Source of the DNA: an uncultured Planctomycetota bacterium
GTDB lineage: Bacteria; Planctomycetota; Phycisphaerae; Tepidisphaerales; Tepidisphaeraceae
Length of the DNA: 64,000 nucleotides
Direction: 5' to 3'
NCBI GenBank assembly: GCA_963841915.1
Contig: CAWJEN010000006.1
Location: 288,001 to 352,000 of the forward strand
Part shown: positions 11,101-20,585 of the stretch, piece by piece
How the letters are laid out: the number at the start of each line of letters is the position of its first letter
How positions within the stretch are numbered: position 1 is the stretch's first letter
Notes under the pieces: model-generated
The model's database searches: none
Told to the model about the DNA's origin: nothing
What the model saw: only the letters and a program-made list of their open reading frames with translations
Position numbers and translations under genes: made by a program

Positions 11101-13013
11101 TTGTGCCTCCCGCCCTCGCCCTCGGCGTCGACGCGTTGACGACGCGGGAGTCAACGGAGTCGCTGCGTCAGGGGGTGGGGCGGTTGCTCCGACTCCTGAC
11201 CGTATTCCGATACGACGCTCAGCCGGGCGGCCCGATCGAGGTTCGATTCGCGAATGGGTCCGACTTCGAAGCCGGAATCCGGCTGATCCTGTCTCGAGAC
11301 CTGAACGTCTCGAACACGCTGGGATGGCCGCCCTACATGGAGATCACTGGCGGGATGCGGATCGAGTTCGACAACCTCGTAAGCGTCTCACTACCGGGTT
11401 GGCTGCCGAGTGGATTGGGCGGCGCGATGCTGGAGGTCGTCGACCTTGACGGGGCGGCGAGCCTTACGACGTCGGGGTTGCGGTTCAGCGGCGGGGCGTC
11501 GATTCTCGGCGGTGCGTTAGAAGTCGACGGCGATTTCCACGTTGATTTCGCGAACCTCCGACTCAGCTTGGAGGGGGATGCTTCGGTCCTCGGCAACGCT
11601 CTATCCGGTGAGTATGCGGGTTCCTTTGACTCGGGCCTGAACTTCGCATCCTCGGGTAACGTCACACTCGCCTTCCCTGAAGAGGCGCCTTTAGTCGGTG
11701 GGCTGGTCGTTGCGAACGCAGGCAGCCGGATCGAGTTCTCGAACGACGGCGACTGGTCGAATGACTCGGTGGCGGGTTGGGGGCAGTTGGGGCCGATCAA
11801 ATTAGGCCTTGAGGTCTTCTTTGACGGAAGCGTTGACTGGCTGGGCGGCCTCGGTTTCGCCCGTTTTGGGCGAAATACAAGCTATGATAACTCATTCGAT
11901 GTGCCCACCGGCGTCTCCCATGCCCTACTGGCAGCCGAGTGGGCAACGCCTGGTGCAGCGGCATTGAGGGTCACCCGGCCAGACGGAGTGATACTGGACG
12001 AAGCCGACTTTGACGCGCAGTCAGGCGTCGCTCTCTTTGACGAACTGAATACGGGCCGCCGCCGAGCCGTTCTACTGTCGAGTCCGCAGGCAGGCACCTG
12101 GACGATTGAGGCAGTCGGCATTGATCCGGCGGGCTTAACTTACGAAGGCATCCGCATGATCCCGGAGGCAGCCGTTGTGGTAACCGCGGCCGGTGGACGA
12201 CGGCGGGGTCCGGTCACTATCGACGTGACCGTCGCAGACCCATTGGGTGCGGGCACGGTCGCGCTCTACCACGATGACAACGGCACCGGCCTCGACGGCA
12301 CACTAATAGCTGCCGGCCTTGTGCCGTCGGCCGGGGCAGTCCGATACGTCTGGAACCCGCCAACCGGGCCGGCAGGCACGCGGCACATCTACGCCGTCCT
12401 TGACGAGCCGGGCTTGATCCCGGCCAGCGACTACGCGAACGTACCGATCACGATCACGGAGCTGCGACCCGAGGTCATCGCGAGCGACTTCGAGTTCGAG
12501 TTCCGCCAGCGGGCGACGCTCGACTTCTCGCAGGACGTCGGTGCGAGCCTGACGGCAAACAGCGTGTCGATCGTCAACCTCGACACGTCCACGACGCTGC
12601 CGACGACGAGCTACGCCTTCAGCTACGATCCGTTGCTGAATCGTGTCGCACTTGGCTTCGAAGGTGGAACTCTGGCGAACGGAAACTACCGCGTGACGAT
12701 CGACGCCGACGATGTCGTCAACTCATCCGGTGAAGCAATGGCCGCCGACGCGACGCTCGACTTCTTCGTCCTGGCTGGCGATGCCAATCGCGACGGCAGT
12801 GTGTCGATCCTCGACTTCGCCATCCTTCGCGGGAACTTTGGCCGGAGCGACTCGCCGTTGTTCTCCGAGGGCGACTTCAACTACGACGGCAGCGTGTCGA
12901 TCCTCGACTTCGCGATCCTTCGCGGCAACTTCGGGGCCAGCGTGCCGGCGGCGTCGCCAGTAGCAGCGTCGCTGTTCGCCAGCGGCGAGGAGGAAGAGGT
13001 GTTGCTGAGCTGA
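8163..13013 (+). CDS. Large secreted protein: LEPRxLL-type N-terminus, SBBP beta-propeller repeats, GHSLGG lipase-like hydrolase, Ig-like domain, dockerin-like pair
   Basis: EALERRLLLA; FVENRGQW; repeated SYFGG..D..DAFVAR; VYRGTE...IGHSLGG...FNSPG...GDIVS; GDANRDGSVSILDF/GDFNYDGSVSILDF. Confidence 0.9.
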   Translation: MPSAAASVVEVRSPVYAEALERRLLLATDVAMQSAALSGTRFVENRGQWDDEIVLAAHDSGGKTILFTDTGPVFRLTQYAEAETPADDDDAFARSFDPREDRPQLELEAWDELSLTFPGSRAVEPRGINRLETVHNYYLGNDESRWAENVPTYSGVVYENLYDGVDLYFHRDPATEVFHGRFEIHNDAGHDKIRIRRGTEEVPIEVIDPRQITFVPLSPSTLGLEGSAAYVDLDKDQSRLQPMQAGGTSAPELAFGSYFGGGGGDFPSGGVAADGSGGVWLAGYTTSANLPTPGGFDPQTNGGDDAFVARLDTSGSLVYATYFGGSGDEISEAIVAETVDGVWIAGYTSSTNMPVVAALDSTSNGEIDAFVARVSGDGLLTTSSYFGGSEDEHITGLASDGAGGVWATGFSFSDDLPITSFSSPGDPESIDGFVARVDAVGSLRFSSYWGGLETDVGIAAASDGSGGVWIKGFTDTPGLASLGAFGPEKSLGTDGILLRYSSSGQRVFSTYLNTRDNVGGDIAPDGFGGVWITGTTYAVDFPTLDAFDNSFAGTQFIGDAYISHVSATGEYLFGSFFGGTGQDFGKGIVADLTGGAWFVGYTGSSDLHVQNGFDSTYSGSSDAFIGYVSAAGNLTFSTYFGGGAFDAAVDVVADGREGAWIAIATGSQGLPTPGGFDSVRSGSRDAFIARVTAAELPAEILAKGVAYSDGPVNSDNPDDGDDDYEVGNDVLFPGLTGDFKVSRRFENQITGLFAYGLTSAVHGPALVYRGTEDAIDLFADSDPRGVGYGQFAAAWREVKNWLNGLDEPADLIGHSLGGALVQWTAAAGTASLAGYPGFGDIVFDQVFTFNSPGISDGSGGAPLIADVGDFDPSRVKGVTHYVASGDIVSLAGDAFIPGDAMIATWQAFDGAGDMLTLAEDWHLLPITEPEIEGRGMRPADLTLSPISVADLSSPTFGHLDNPDFAAFLASLQTAALLDPLVPPALALGVDALTTRESTESLRQGVGRLLRLLTVFRYDAQPGGPIEVRFANGSDFEAGIRLILSRDLNVSNTLGWPPYMEITGGMRIEFDNLVSVSLPGWLPSGLGGAMLEVVDLDGAASLTTSGLRFSGGASILGGALEVDGDFHVDFANLRLSLEGDASVLGNALSGEYAGSFDSGLNFASSGNVTLAFPEEAPLVGGLVVANAGSRIEFSNDGDWSNDSVAGWGQLGPIKLGLEVFFDGSVDWLGGLGFARFGRNTSYDNSFDVPTGVSHALLAAEWATPGAAALRVTRPDGVILDEADFDAQSGVALFDELNTGRRRAVLLSSPQAGTWTIEAVGIDPAGLTYEGIRMIPEAAVVVTAAGGRRRGPVTIDVTVADPLGAGTVALYHDDNGTGLDGTLIAAGLVPSAGAVRYVWNPPTGPAGTRHIYAVLDEPGLIPASDYANVPITITELRPEVIASDFEFEFRQRATLDFSQDVGASLTANSVSIVNLDTSTTLPTTSYAFSYDPLLNRVALGFEGGTLANGNYRVTIDADDVVNSSGEAMAADATLDFFVLAGDANRDGSVSILDFAILRGNFGRSDSPLFSEGDFNYDGSVSILDFAILRGNFGASVPAASPVAASLFASGEEEEVLLS

Positions 13014-13735
13014 CGGGAGATTCTCTCTGTTGCACCCGACGGCTGCGATGAGAGTTCTCTGCTCAAGCCGACGCCCGGTGCGGCCGGTCGGCTGTCCCAT
13101 TTAATGCGACGGCGGGCCGGATGACGCTCGCTCCCACTGCCGTGATGTATGGAAGGGTGTCCTGAAGCTCTCTTGCAGGATGCAACTTCCTTGCCGGTTC
13201 CTCCTTCGCCCTCCTGTCGATGCAAGGCGGTCTGAGCGGCACCGTGTCGAGGCCGGCCTGGCAGAAGCAACGCGTGACTTCCAACGGGTCAAAAGCAATG
13301 ACGGCCGAATGAGGCTTCTCGGCAGCACCACAGCGTTTGCATCGGCCCGCCCAACTTTGACGCTTTCAGAATTCGTGTACTGGACCTCTTGAACGACAAG
13401 CTGCTGGTCTCGCGGTTGGCAACGAAAATCAGGTCGCCCTTGGCAGCACAATGTCTAGGTTCACGACCGCTCATCACCGCGGAGGGTGGTACGCCGGGGG
13501 GTTGGGCGGGCAACCGCTGCTCCACTTGCTGTAAGGCGAGTGGCTCAACCCGCACCGCGGTCGGGGAACCCCGCGACCATCGCCAGCACGCCGCGGCGTA
13601 GCTCCTTTGGTAGCCGCGGCCACGCATCGACTACCCGCCGCAAGTCGGCATCCCGAATGTCGGGACTACAGGGGGCACAACACGCAGACGCTTCGCAAGC
13701 CGATTCCGGTGAATGGCTTGCATCGTCCGCCAGAA

Positions 13736-13780
13736 GACTCTTAATCAGCGGGTTCCAGGTTCAAGTCCTGGTCGGGGCAT
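13736..13780 (+). repeat. att core, right copy (tRNA-Lys 3' fragment)
   Basis: Identical to 296-340; lacks the 5' half of the tRNA. Confidence 0.97.
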
Positions 13781-13820
13781 GCGAAAGTTTGGCACAATTG
13801 GCGTTAGGATCTAGGCCGCC

Positions 13821-16346
13821 TTACGGGCGATCGTTCGTTTGGCGGGTCTCTAAGGCGGCCAGTCGTTCTTCGGCCCGGCGATTAGGGCCGCCGGTGAGCA
13901 GGACACGAAGCTGCGTCATCGCCTCGGCCTCGTCGCCTGCGTCTTCGAGCAAGCTCGCGAGGCTCAGTCGCCACGTCGCGTTGCCGGGGCGACGGTCAAG
14001 CGCACGGCGGTACAGATCGATCGCTACGGCGGTGTTACCAACGCTTGCTTCGTGTTGAGCCAGGTCGCCTAACGCATTGGCGTCACCCGCGTCGGCATCG
14101 CTACGGAGCAGGGATAGCTGTTTCGCCTGCACACGAGCGACACGATCCGGGGCCAGACCCTCTGCATATCGACCCGCAAGGTCACGCCACGCTCGGCGGT
14201 CGAGGCCGGCCGCCTGCTCGGCGGCATCCAATGCTTGCACGCCCAACAAGAAGTCGATCGCCCGGCTTCGCCCAAGACCTTGCGATTGAGCAACAGCGAC
14301 GGCGTCGACAGCGATGTCCGTCTCTCCAGACGACCAGGCCAATGCCGCCATCGCCATGGCAACAAGCGGCTCGTCGGCAGCGTGCTCGTACGCCCGACGG
14401 AGAAGCTCGTACGCCAACGCTTCGTCGCCACCCGACTGCAACGCGATCATTGCCGACGCCGCGGCAAGGCGACCATCCGCCGGGGCAAGCCGCATCGCCT
14501 CATCAAGATCGGCCGCGATCCGTCGGCCGATGACCTGCAACGCCGCCCGCTCGTCGGGCGTCGCCTCGGGCAGTTGCAACCGCACTGCCCGCCACCGCAG
14601 GTCGGCCAGCTCGTAGTGCAGCCTCGCATCGTGTCGCCACAGCGCAATCGCCTCCTCATAAGCGCGAATCGCAACGGACAGGTTCTGCGGCGTCGCTTGC
14701 CAACTGGGCCCGAGCCTGTCACCGGCATCGGCCAATACGCGTTCGGCGGCCGCCTCGTTTCTGGCGTCGGTGAATGACACCACAGAGCCGACGAGCAACG
14801 CGACCATGAGCGCCGCCACCCCGACCTTCGCCGGCCGACCGTCCGCCACGCGGCCGTCCCACGCGATCGCGATGCCGAATAGCGTCGCCGTTCCTACCGC
14901 CACTGCGGGCAGATATTGGCCGTAGTCGGTCATCGACGCGACGAAAAGCGCGACCAGCCCCGCCGCCGCACCCGGAACGGCAAAGGCGGCGCGATTGTCC
15001 TTGGCCGCGACGGCCCGCACCGATTGCCGCACCGCCACCGCGACGAAGGCCACGCAGAGGAGCGTCCCAAGAACGCCGGTTTCGTAGACAAGTTGCACGA
15101 ACGCGTTTTCGGCGTGCGTGGCCGTGCCGCCGATGACGTCGCGGGATCGAAAGGCGGCGTAGGTGTCGCCGAACGTGCCGAGGCCGGTGCCCAGCAGCGG
15201 AAAGTCGCCCACGACGGTCATGGCGTCTCGCCATAACAGCCAGCGGATGCCGACAGCTTTAGTGACCTCATCAGTGCCCGAAAGCGTTTCGAGCCGGTCG
15301 ACGACGTCGTCACCGCCGAAGGCGAGCAGGCCGAAGAGCGAGCCGACGATGGCCACCGCGACGGCGACAAAGACGAGCCGGTCGTGACGACTGCCACTCG
15401 CGCTTGATCGGCCGCGGCGCTTGAGGCGATAGAGCATGGCAAAGGTGACGAAGCCGATCACCATCGCCATCGTGCCGCCGCGGGTCAGGCTCAGCGGGAT
15501 CGACATGGCCACGACCGCCACGCCCATCGTCAACGGCACGAGCCACCGGTACCGCAATGCGATGTCGCGTCGGCTGCTGGCGATCGAGAGCATGACGGCC
15601 AAGCCCGCACCGATAGCGACATTGCCGAGCTGGCCGTAGTGGCTGTGGTTGACGAGTGGGCCGCTTGCTTCAGAGGTCGAATTGCCCTTGCGCTGGAGCC
15701 AGCCTCGAAGCGTCGGCAGATGTTCTGGATGCTGGGCAACCTGCCAAACCACTACAATTGCCGCCGCGACACCGACGATCGCAATGCCCGTCAACAGCCA
15801 CCGAGCCCGCCTCGCGTTGCCGGCAATCTGCGTAACGGCCACAAAGCAGCAGACGACGGCCAGCAGCAACCGCAGATGCCGCTGCGTCGCGATCGGGCTC
15901 AGGCTCAGCGGCCCTGCCCCGTCGGTGCCGAGCGCGTCGCCGCGAATCGTGGCCGTGTGCGGCGAGACGATGCCCAGCACCCACGCCGGTACCGACGCGA
16001 GGTGCGCCAGCGACAGCAGCACGAACAGCGCCACCGGCACGTACGCCACCGTGACCCGTGGCCCGCCGTGGACGAATCGGCCGACGACTGCCACGACCGC
16101 CGCCGCCGCGGTCAGGGCGATCAGCCACGTTTGGGCCCAAGGCTCGGCAGCACCGGCGGTAAACGTCGCCCACCCGAATGCTGCCACGACGAGTGCAACG
16201 GCCACGTACCCCAACCACCGGCCGACCCGCTGCTCCCGTGAGTCGACCAGACGCGGCAGGCTCGCCCGCACCCTCGGCCGCCTAGGCAAGGCGGCCGAGA
16301 CGCGCGTCAATCCCGAACCGTCAACATTTAACAACGGCTCACGCAT
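13821..16346 (-). CDS. O-antigen ligase/Wzy_C-family membrane protein with C-terminal TPR-like repeats
   Basis: Many TM segments; SLTRGG, RWLLWRDA...PLLGTGLGTF, HAENAFVQ; helical TPR-like tail. Confidence 0.85.
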   Translation of the reverse strand: MREPLLNVDGSGLTRVSAALPRRPRVRASLPRLVDSREQRVGRWLGYVAVALVVAAFGWATFTAGAAEPWAQTWLIALTAAAAVVAVVGRFVHGGPRVTVAYVPVALFVLLSLAHLASVPAWVLGIVSPHTATIRGDALGTDGAGPLSLSPIATQRHLRLLLAVVCCFVAVTQIAGNARRARWLLTGIAIVGVAAAIVVVWQVAQHPEHLPTLRGWLQRKGNSTSEASGPLVNHSHYGQLGNVAIGAGLAVMLSIASSRRDIALRYRWLVPLTMGVAVVAMSIPLSLTRGGTMAMVIGFVTFAMLYRLKRRGRSSASGSRHDRLVFVAVAVAIVGSLFGLLAFGGDDVVDRLETLSGTDEVTKAVGIRWLLWRDAMTVVGDFPLLGTGLGTFGDTYAAFRSRDVIGGTATHAENAFVQLVYETGVLGTLLCVAFVAVAVRQSVRAVAAKDNRAAFAVPGAAAGLVALFVASMTDYGQYLPAVAVGTATLFGIAIAWDGRVADGRPAKVGVAALMVALLVGSVVSFTDARNEAAAERVLADAGDRLGPSWQATPQNLSVAIRAYEEAIALWRHDARLHYELADLRWRAVRLQLPEATPDERAALQVIGRRIAADLDEAMRLAPADGRLAAASAMIALQSGGDEALAYELLRRAYEHAADEPLVAMAMAALAWSSGETDIAVDAVAVAQSQGLGRSRAIDFLLGVQALDAAEQAAGLDRRAWRDLAGRYAEGLAPDRVARVQAKQLSLLRSDADAGDANALGDLAQHEASVGNTAVAIDLYRRALDRRPGNATWRLSLASLLEDAGDEAEAMTQLRVLLTGGPNRRAEERLAALETRQTNDRP

Positions 16347-16381
16347 GCGCGGGCACTCTACCCGAGTCGGCTCACCGCGTG

Positions 16382-18736
16382 TCACTCGCCCCGACCGTGA
16401 CCGTTGACACCCTCGGCAGGCAGCGCTTGCTGGGCCGGCTCGCCGTAGCCGTACCCGTAGTGGCCGTACCCGTAGCCGTAGTTCTCGTAGCCGAAGCGGT
16501 TCCTCTTGATCTTCACATCGTTGGCGACAAAACCGACGAGGTCGGCGTTCGTGCGAACAAGCCCGTCGCGGGCGACCGTCGCCGCCTTGCGACTCGTCAC
16601 GCCCGCACGCACGACAAGCACTGTTGCGTCGACCATCGAGCCCAGCACCCGCGCGTCCGTCACTGGCAGCACGGGTGGCGAGTCGATCACCACGCGGTCG
16701 TACTCGCTCGACACGGTGTGCAACAGGTCGGCAAACGCTTCGCTGTTGAGCATCTCCGACGGATCCTGCGGAAGCGGGCCACAAGGCAGCACGTCGAGGT
16801 TGACCAGCTTCGTCGACTGGATTGTCTCCTGGAGTGTCGTCTTGCCGCTGAGAACGCTTGTCAGCCCGACGGGGCCGCCGCCATGTTCATGGTCACCGGC
16901 AAAGCTCTCGGGGAGCAGGTAGCGGTGCAGTCGCGGCTTGCGGCAGTCGGCGTCGATGATGAGCGTCCGCCGATCAAGGCGTGCAAACGCCGTCGCCAGG
17001 TTTGCCGCCAGCGTCGTTTTGCCGTCACCCGACAGCGGGCTTGTGATGAGAATCGACCGCGCTTGTTCGGCATCGAGTTCGCCTTCGGCCTCGCGGTCGA
17101 AGACGCGTTGCTGCAGCAGTGCCAGCAGCGTCGTCCGCAGGCTGCGATAGGCCTCCGACGGCTCGCTGCGTGGCTGGTCGATCATCTGCCGGGCCCGCTC
17201 GGCCGGTGTTTCGCTGTCGCCGAACTTGGGCACGAGGCCCAGCACGGGCAGCCCCAGCACGCGTTCGATGTCATCGATCGTGCGCATCCGCGGGTCAAGC
17301 CATTCCTGCAGGAACGCCAGCCCGAAGCCGCCCATCATGCCCAGCACAAGCCCCATGCCCAGCAGCTGCGCCGCCTTGGGCGCGACCTGCACGCCGGGTC
17401 CGGGCAGTTGCACGTCCTCGGGCTCGGCAGCGCCGCTGCGGTCGGCGACCTCGATCTCGCTGACCCGCTGAGAAATCTGACGCAGCCAGTCCTCGACGAA
17501 TTCGATGTCGCGTCGAACCTTTTCCTCATCTGCGGCCCGCGCATTGACGGCCAGCAGGTCCTCGCGACGGTCGGCGTAAAGCTTCGACAGTTCCGCCGCT
17601 CGCGATTCGGCGATGGCCAGGCGACTGGTCAATATCCCGAAGCGACTCTTCAGGTCCTGCTCTTCGAGTGCATCAACCTCAGACTCGAGATCGTTGATCT
17701 TCTGCCGCAACGTCAACACGCGGCTGTTGTTGGCACCGCTCGTGTATTCCAGGTCGCGCAGCTGATCGCGCAACAGCGCCACCTCGGCGCGACGCCTCGC
17801 CGCTGCGCCGCCTTCTTCAAGCGTCGGCAGCAACTGCGCCAGCTGCGCCGGATCGTCCGTCGCCGCCTCTGCCTGGGCGAGTGTCAGGCGAAGGTCCGAC
17901 GCCTCTCGCTGGGCCGTCAGCAGGTCCGTGCTGAGCTTGCCCAGCTCCATCGCCTCGATGCTCGTCCGGCGACCGTCGCGGACGTCGATCTCGCCGAGTT
18001 CTCTGGACAGGTTCGACCGCAGAGCCCACAGCTCGTCACGATCGGTCTCGGCACGGTTCTTCTCCGACCGCAACTGCTGCAACAGGTTGGCGGCGTCGGA
18101 CGTGAAGTCGTCCTTCGTGTAGTCGATGTAAGCCGTCCGGACGGCGTCGACGATCTTCTGGGCATCGAGTGGCTGGGCGGCCTCGGCACGGATCACGAGG
18201 AAATTCGTCGGCTCCGTCACGACCACGCTCACAGCCTCAGCGAGTGAGCCGACGACGCTTTCCGAGCCCTCGAAGCTCTGCAGCTCGCTGATCCCTGGCC
18301 GGGCAGCGGCACGGCTCAGGATGATGCCGCTGTCGATGATCGCCGCCTGCTGAGCCAGGAAGTTGGTCCCACCGCCGCCGAGCCCCGTCTCACCCATCGC
18401 GGTGCTGGTGTTCGACCGCACGTTCATGATGGCCGAACTGGCATAAACGGGCGGCGTGTTGCGGAAGACGCCGTACCCACCGGCCAGCCCCAGGATCGTC
18501 AGGATGATGATCGTCCACTTGCGTCGCCACAGAACCTTGGCGATGTCGATTTGCGGCCCCTCGTCGTCGCCTCCACCCGGCTGATAGGCCGACTGCTGAT
18601 AACCGGCGTAGGGATCGTTGACAGGGACGATGCGCCCGCCCGGTCGTCGGCCGGAGCGCGTGACGAGGCTGCCCGCGTCGTCGCGGCCTGGAAGAACGTC
18701 GATGCCGTTGTCGTAACTCGTGCCGTTGGCAGCCAT
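16382..18736 (-). CDS. wzc: Polysaccharide co-polymerase / tyrosine autokinase (Wzc/GumC)
   Basis: Wzz-like N-terminal TM, coiled coil, SEAYRSLRT, Walker A GDGKTT, IDSPP, C-terminal Tyr cluster YENYGYGYGHYGYGY. Confidence 0.93.
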   Translation of the reverse strand: MAANGTSYDNGIDVLPGRDDAGSLVTRSGRRPGGRIVPVNDPYAGYQQSAYQPGGGDDEGPQIDIAKVLWRRKWTIIILTILGLAGGYGVFRNTPPVYASSAIMNVRSNTSTAMGETGLGGGGTNFLAQQAAIIDSGIILSRAAARPGISELQSFEGSESVVGSLAEAVSVVVTEPTNFLVIRAEAAQPLDAQKIVDAVRTAYIDYTKDDFTSDAANLLQQLRSEKNRAETDRDELWALRSNLSRELGEIDVRDGRRTSIEAMELGKLSTDLLTAQREASDLRLTLAQAEAATDDPAQLAQLLPTLEEGGAAARRRAEVALLRDQLRDLEYTSGANNSRVLTLRQKINDLESEVDALEEQDLKSRFGILTSRLAIAESRAAELSKLYADRREDLLAVNARAADEEKVRRDIEFVEDWLRQISQRVSEIEVADRSGAAEPEDVQLPGPGVQVAPKAAQLLGMGLVLGMMGGFGLAFLQEWLDPRMRTIDDIERVLGLPVLGLVPKFGDSETPAERARQMIDQPRSEPSEAYRSLRTTLLALLQQRVFDREAEGELDAEQARSILITSPLSGDGKTTLAANLATAFARLDRRTLIIDADCRKPRLHRYLLPESFAGDHEHGGGPVGLTSVLSGKTTLQETIQSTKLVNLDVLPCGPLPQDPSEMLNSEAFADLLHTVSSEYDRVVIDSPPVLPVTDARVLGSMVDATVLVVRAGVTSRKAATVARDGLVRTNADLVGFVANDVKIKRNRFGYENYGYGYGHYGYGYGEPAQQALPAEGVNGHGRGE

Positions 18737-18927
18737 GCGTGTTCCTTGTTCCCCCTGCACCCTTCTCTGCTCCCTATACGACGATGCGGGCTCGCGGTTG
18801 CCAGTGGCAGCCACGAGACCCGGATCGGGCCAGGAATCTACACGATTCGAAGCGGTCGGTCACACAGATTGACGCCGTTGGGCACTCAAACGTACCGGCG
18901 CGCCCTTATCGGCCGCCGATCGCCCTT

Positions 18928-19241
18928 CTATCGCCGCTCAACAGGTCCGCGAAGTCGCGGCCGCATCGGACCCAGCGGGTGCTTTGAGTAAGGCGGCAGA
19001 CCGTCCAGCCCGCCGATCGCGTCGAGGCGGTCGAGCATCTCCTGCGTCTGCGACGACGGCTGGCGAAGCGCCTGCCCATAAGCCGACGCCGGGACGTCCC
19101 GCAACAGATACGGGTCAAATACCCTCGCCTCACCGGGCAGCGGTTCGGGCGCGTCGGGCTCGGGGTACTGCGCTCGCGCAGCCACGGGACGAGACAGACG
19201 AGCAGGCCGACCGCAATGTAGAGCCTGCTGCGACGCCGCAT
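18928..19241 (-). pseudogene. Small secreted protein with an apparent frameshift near 19186
   Basis: Signal peptide MRRRSRLYIAVGLLVCLVP in one frame joins VAARA|QYPEP in the next if one C is added. Confidence 0.45.
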
Positions 19242-19381
19242 GGTGAGCGATGGTAGAGGCCGGCGTCGCGGTGAGGCATCACGCAACGTTGCCGCCGGGC
19301 ATCGACCGGCACCGTCGGCCGCGACATGATCGCGTCCTGGGCTGTAAGCGCGACCTACGGCACGTTTGCCCGTGTCGGTTC

Positions 19382-19804
19382 ATGTCGCTCGCCGCCGCCG
19401 GACCGCTGATTGCCGCCTCGCTGGATTTGCAGTTGGTTCGCCTGATCCGCGGGGCGATCAACGCCAACCGACGTGAAGAGGGGCAGCCGTGTGATGATCG
19501 GCCGTTGCGCCAGCACCGGGACCGACCGGCGGCGGTGTCGGCAGAGCGGGTGATTTACCGCGACCTGCCGGCCGTCGCGCCTGTCGATCGGACGCGAACG
19601 GAGCGAACGTCGGAGGTGGTCGAGGTGCTGGTGGAGCGGCCGACATTGCCACCGGCGGTCGGGCCGCTGCCTGCGCCTTGGCAGGTGTTGCTGCGGGAGA
19701 AGGTGTGGAACCGCCCGATCGAGGTACCGCCGCCTGTCGTGGTGGCGAAGGCGTACGCGACACCGACGCCGTTGAGCGGGTCGATCGTCGACGCATTTCT
19801 CTGA
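19382..19804 (+). CDS. Hypothetical protein
   Basis: ORF MSLAAAGPLIAASLDLQLV...GSIVDAFL with host-like codon usage. Confidence 0.55.
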   Translation: MSLAAAGPLIAASLDLQLVRLIRGAINANRREEGQPCDDRPLRQHRDRPAAVSAERVIYRDLPAVAPVDRTRTERTSEVVEVLVERPTLPPAVGPLPAPWQVLLREKVWNRPIEVPPPVVVAKAYATPTPLSGSIVDAFL

Positions 19805-19956
19805 TCGGCGGCCGCGGCGGCGCAGCGCGATTTTCGCGCAACAAGCACGCACGCGTGCGTGCTCGTACAGCACGGCAACCCGACGAGCGGGCGTACCGCC
19901 ATCGCAGCCATGCCTCACGGCCGACGACCCGCCGACGCAGTCGAAAGCCCGAAACG

Positions 19957-19972
19957 TGTTCTACGTGGAACA
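19957..19972. promoter_or_regulatory. parS site (one mismatch)
   Basis: TGTTCTACGTGGAACA. Confidence 0.8.
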
Positions 19973-20031
19973 TTGGCCAACTCGATCGCGTGTCGAAACC
20001 CGGTTTAGGACGCGTAGGAGCGGGTGGCGAA

Positions 20032-20047
20032 TGTTCCACGTGGAACA
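20032..20047. promoter_or_regulatory. parS site (perfect palindrome)
   Basis: TGTTCCACGTGGAACA. Confidence 0.92.
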
Positions 20048-20123
20048 TTCTGCCCCGCCGCCCGACCCACAACCCCCGGCGGCCGAATCGGCGCAGCGCT
20101 TGCCGCGCGGTACGATGAAAAGC

Positions 20124-20585
20124 ATGACCCTTGCCGAGCCCGCTGTCGTTCCCGAGGCCGTCGTGGCGGCGGGTCGCGATGGGCGCGGGCGTAAGCGGTT
20201 GCTGGCCGTGACGGCGGCGTCGCTGGTGGCCGCCTGGTTGGTGTGGAAGCTCGCCGGCTCGACCGAGGCCGGCTCGCTGGCGGTGATGCTGCTCGTGCTG
20301 GCGTCCATGCTTTGCCTCGCCCTTGCCGTCTGGCGAAGAGCACACAGCTTCAAGGCCACACCTGACGGCCTTCGCTTTCAAGACGGCGGTAAGGCGTTCG
20401 GTGAGACGTACCTCGTCGGCTGGCCCGAGGTCAAAGGCCTCGGCACCCAGCCAACCCGCGGGGGCAAAGAACGCCTCGTCTATCAACGGCGTGGCAGCGA
20501 GCGGTGGGTTCGACTGCCAACGCCACCCGCCGAACCTGATCGTGCGCAAGCGATGCTGCGGGCCATCGAGGCCATGCGAGGCTAA
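20124..20585 (+). CDS. Hypothetical two-TM membrane protein
   Basis: Two hydrophobic helices followed by a small soluble domain; TACGAT 7 nt before the ATG (alternative start 20115). Confidence 0.7.
   Translation: MTLAEPAVVPEAVVAAGRDGRGRKRLLAVTAASLVAAWLVWKLAGSTEAGSLAVMLLVLASMLCLALAVWRRAHSFKATPDGLRFQDGGKAFGETYLVGWPEVKGLGTQPTRGGKERLVYQRRGSERWVRLPTPPAEPDRAQAMLRAIEAMRG

Noticed and set aside
12790..12932. DGR template/variable repeat pair
   Set aside because: These are the two dockerin repeats; the differences are synonymous, not adenine-specific, and no reverse transcriptase is present.
13020..13450. Protein-coding gene between the cargo and the right att
   Set aside because: Only short overlapping ORFs with no motif or clear start; possibly a remnant, but not supportable.
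13480..13500. T-box riboswitch (AGGGTGGTAC resemblance, also at 7937)
   Set aside because: Lacks the ACCGCG continuation, stem I, a terminator and any downstream amino-acid gene.
13736..13780. Second tRNA-Lys gene
   Set aside because: Only the 3' half is present, with no D-arm or 5' acceptor strand; it is the att duplication.
16379..18247. Long antisense or alternative-frame ORFs (also 612-1607, 23885-25234, 26183-27658, 53360-54718, 57720-59039)
   Set aside because: Shadow ORFs of well-supported genes, expected in high-GC DNA, with no recognisable motifs.
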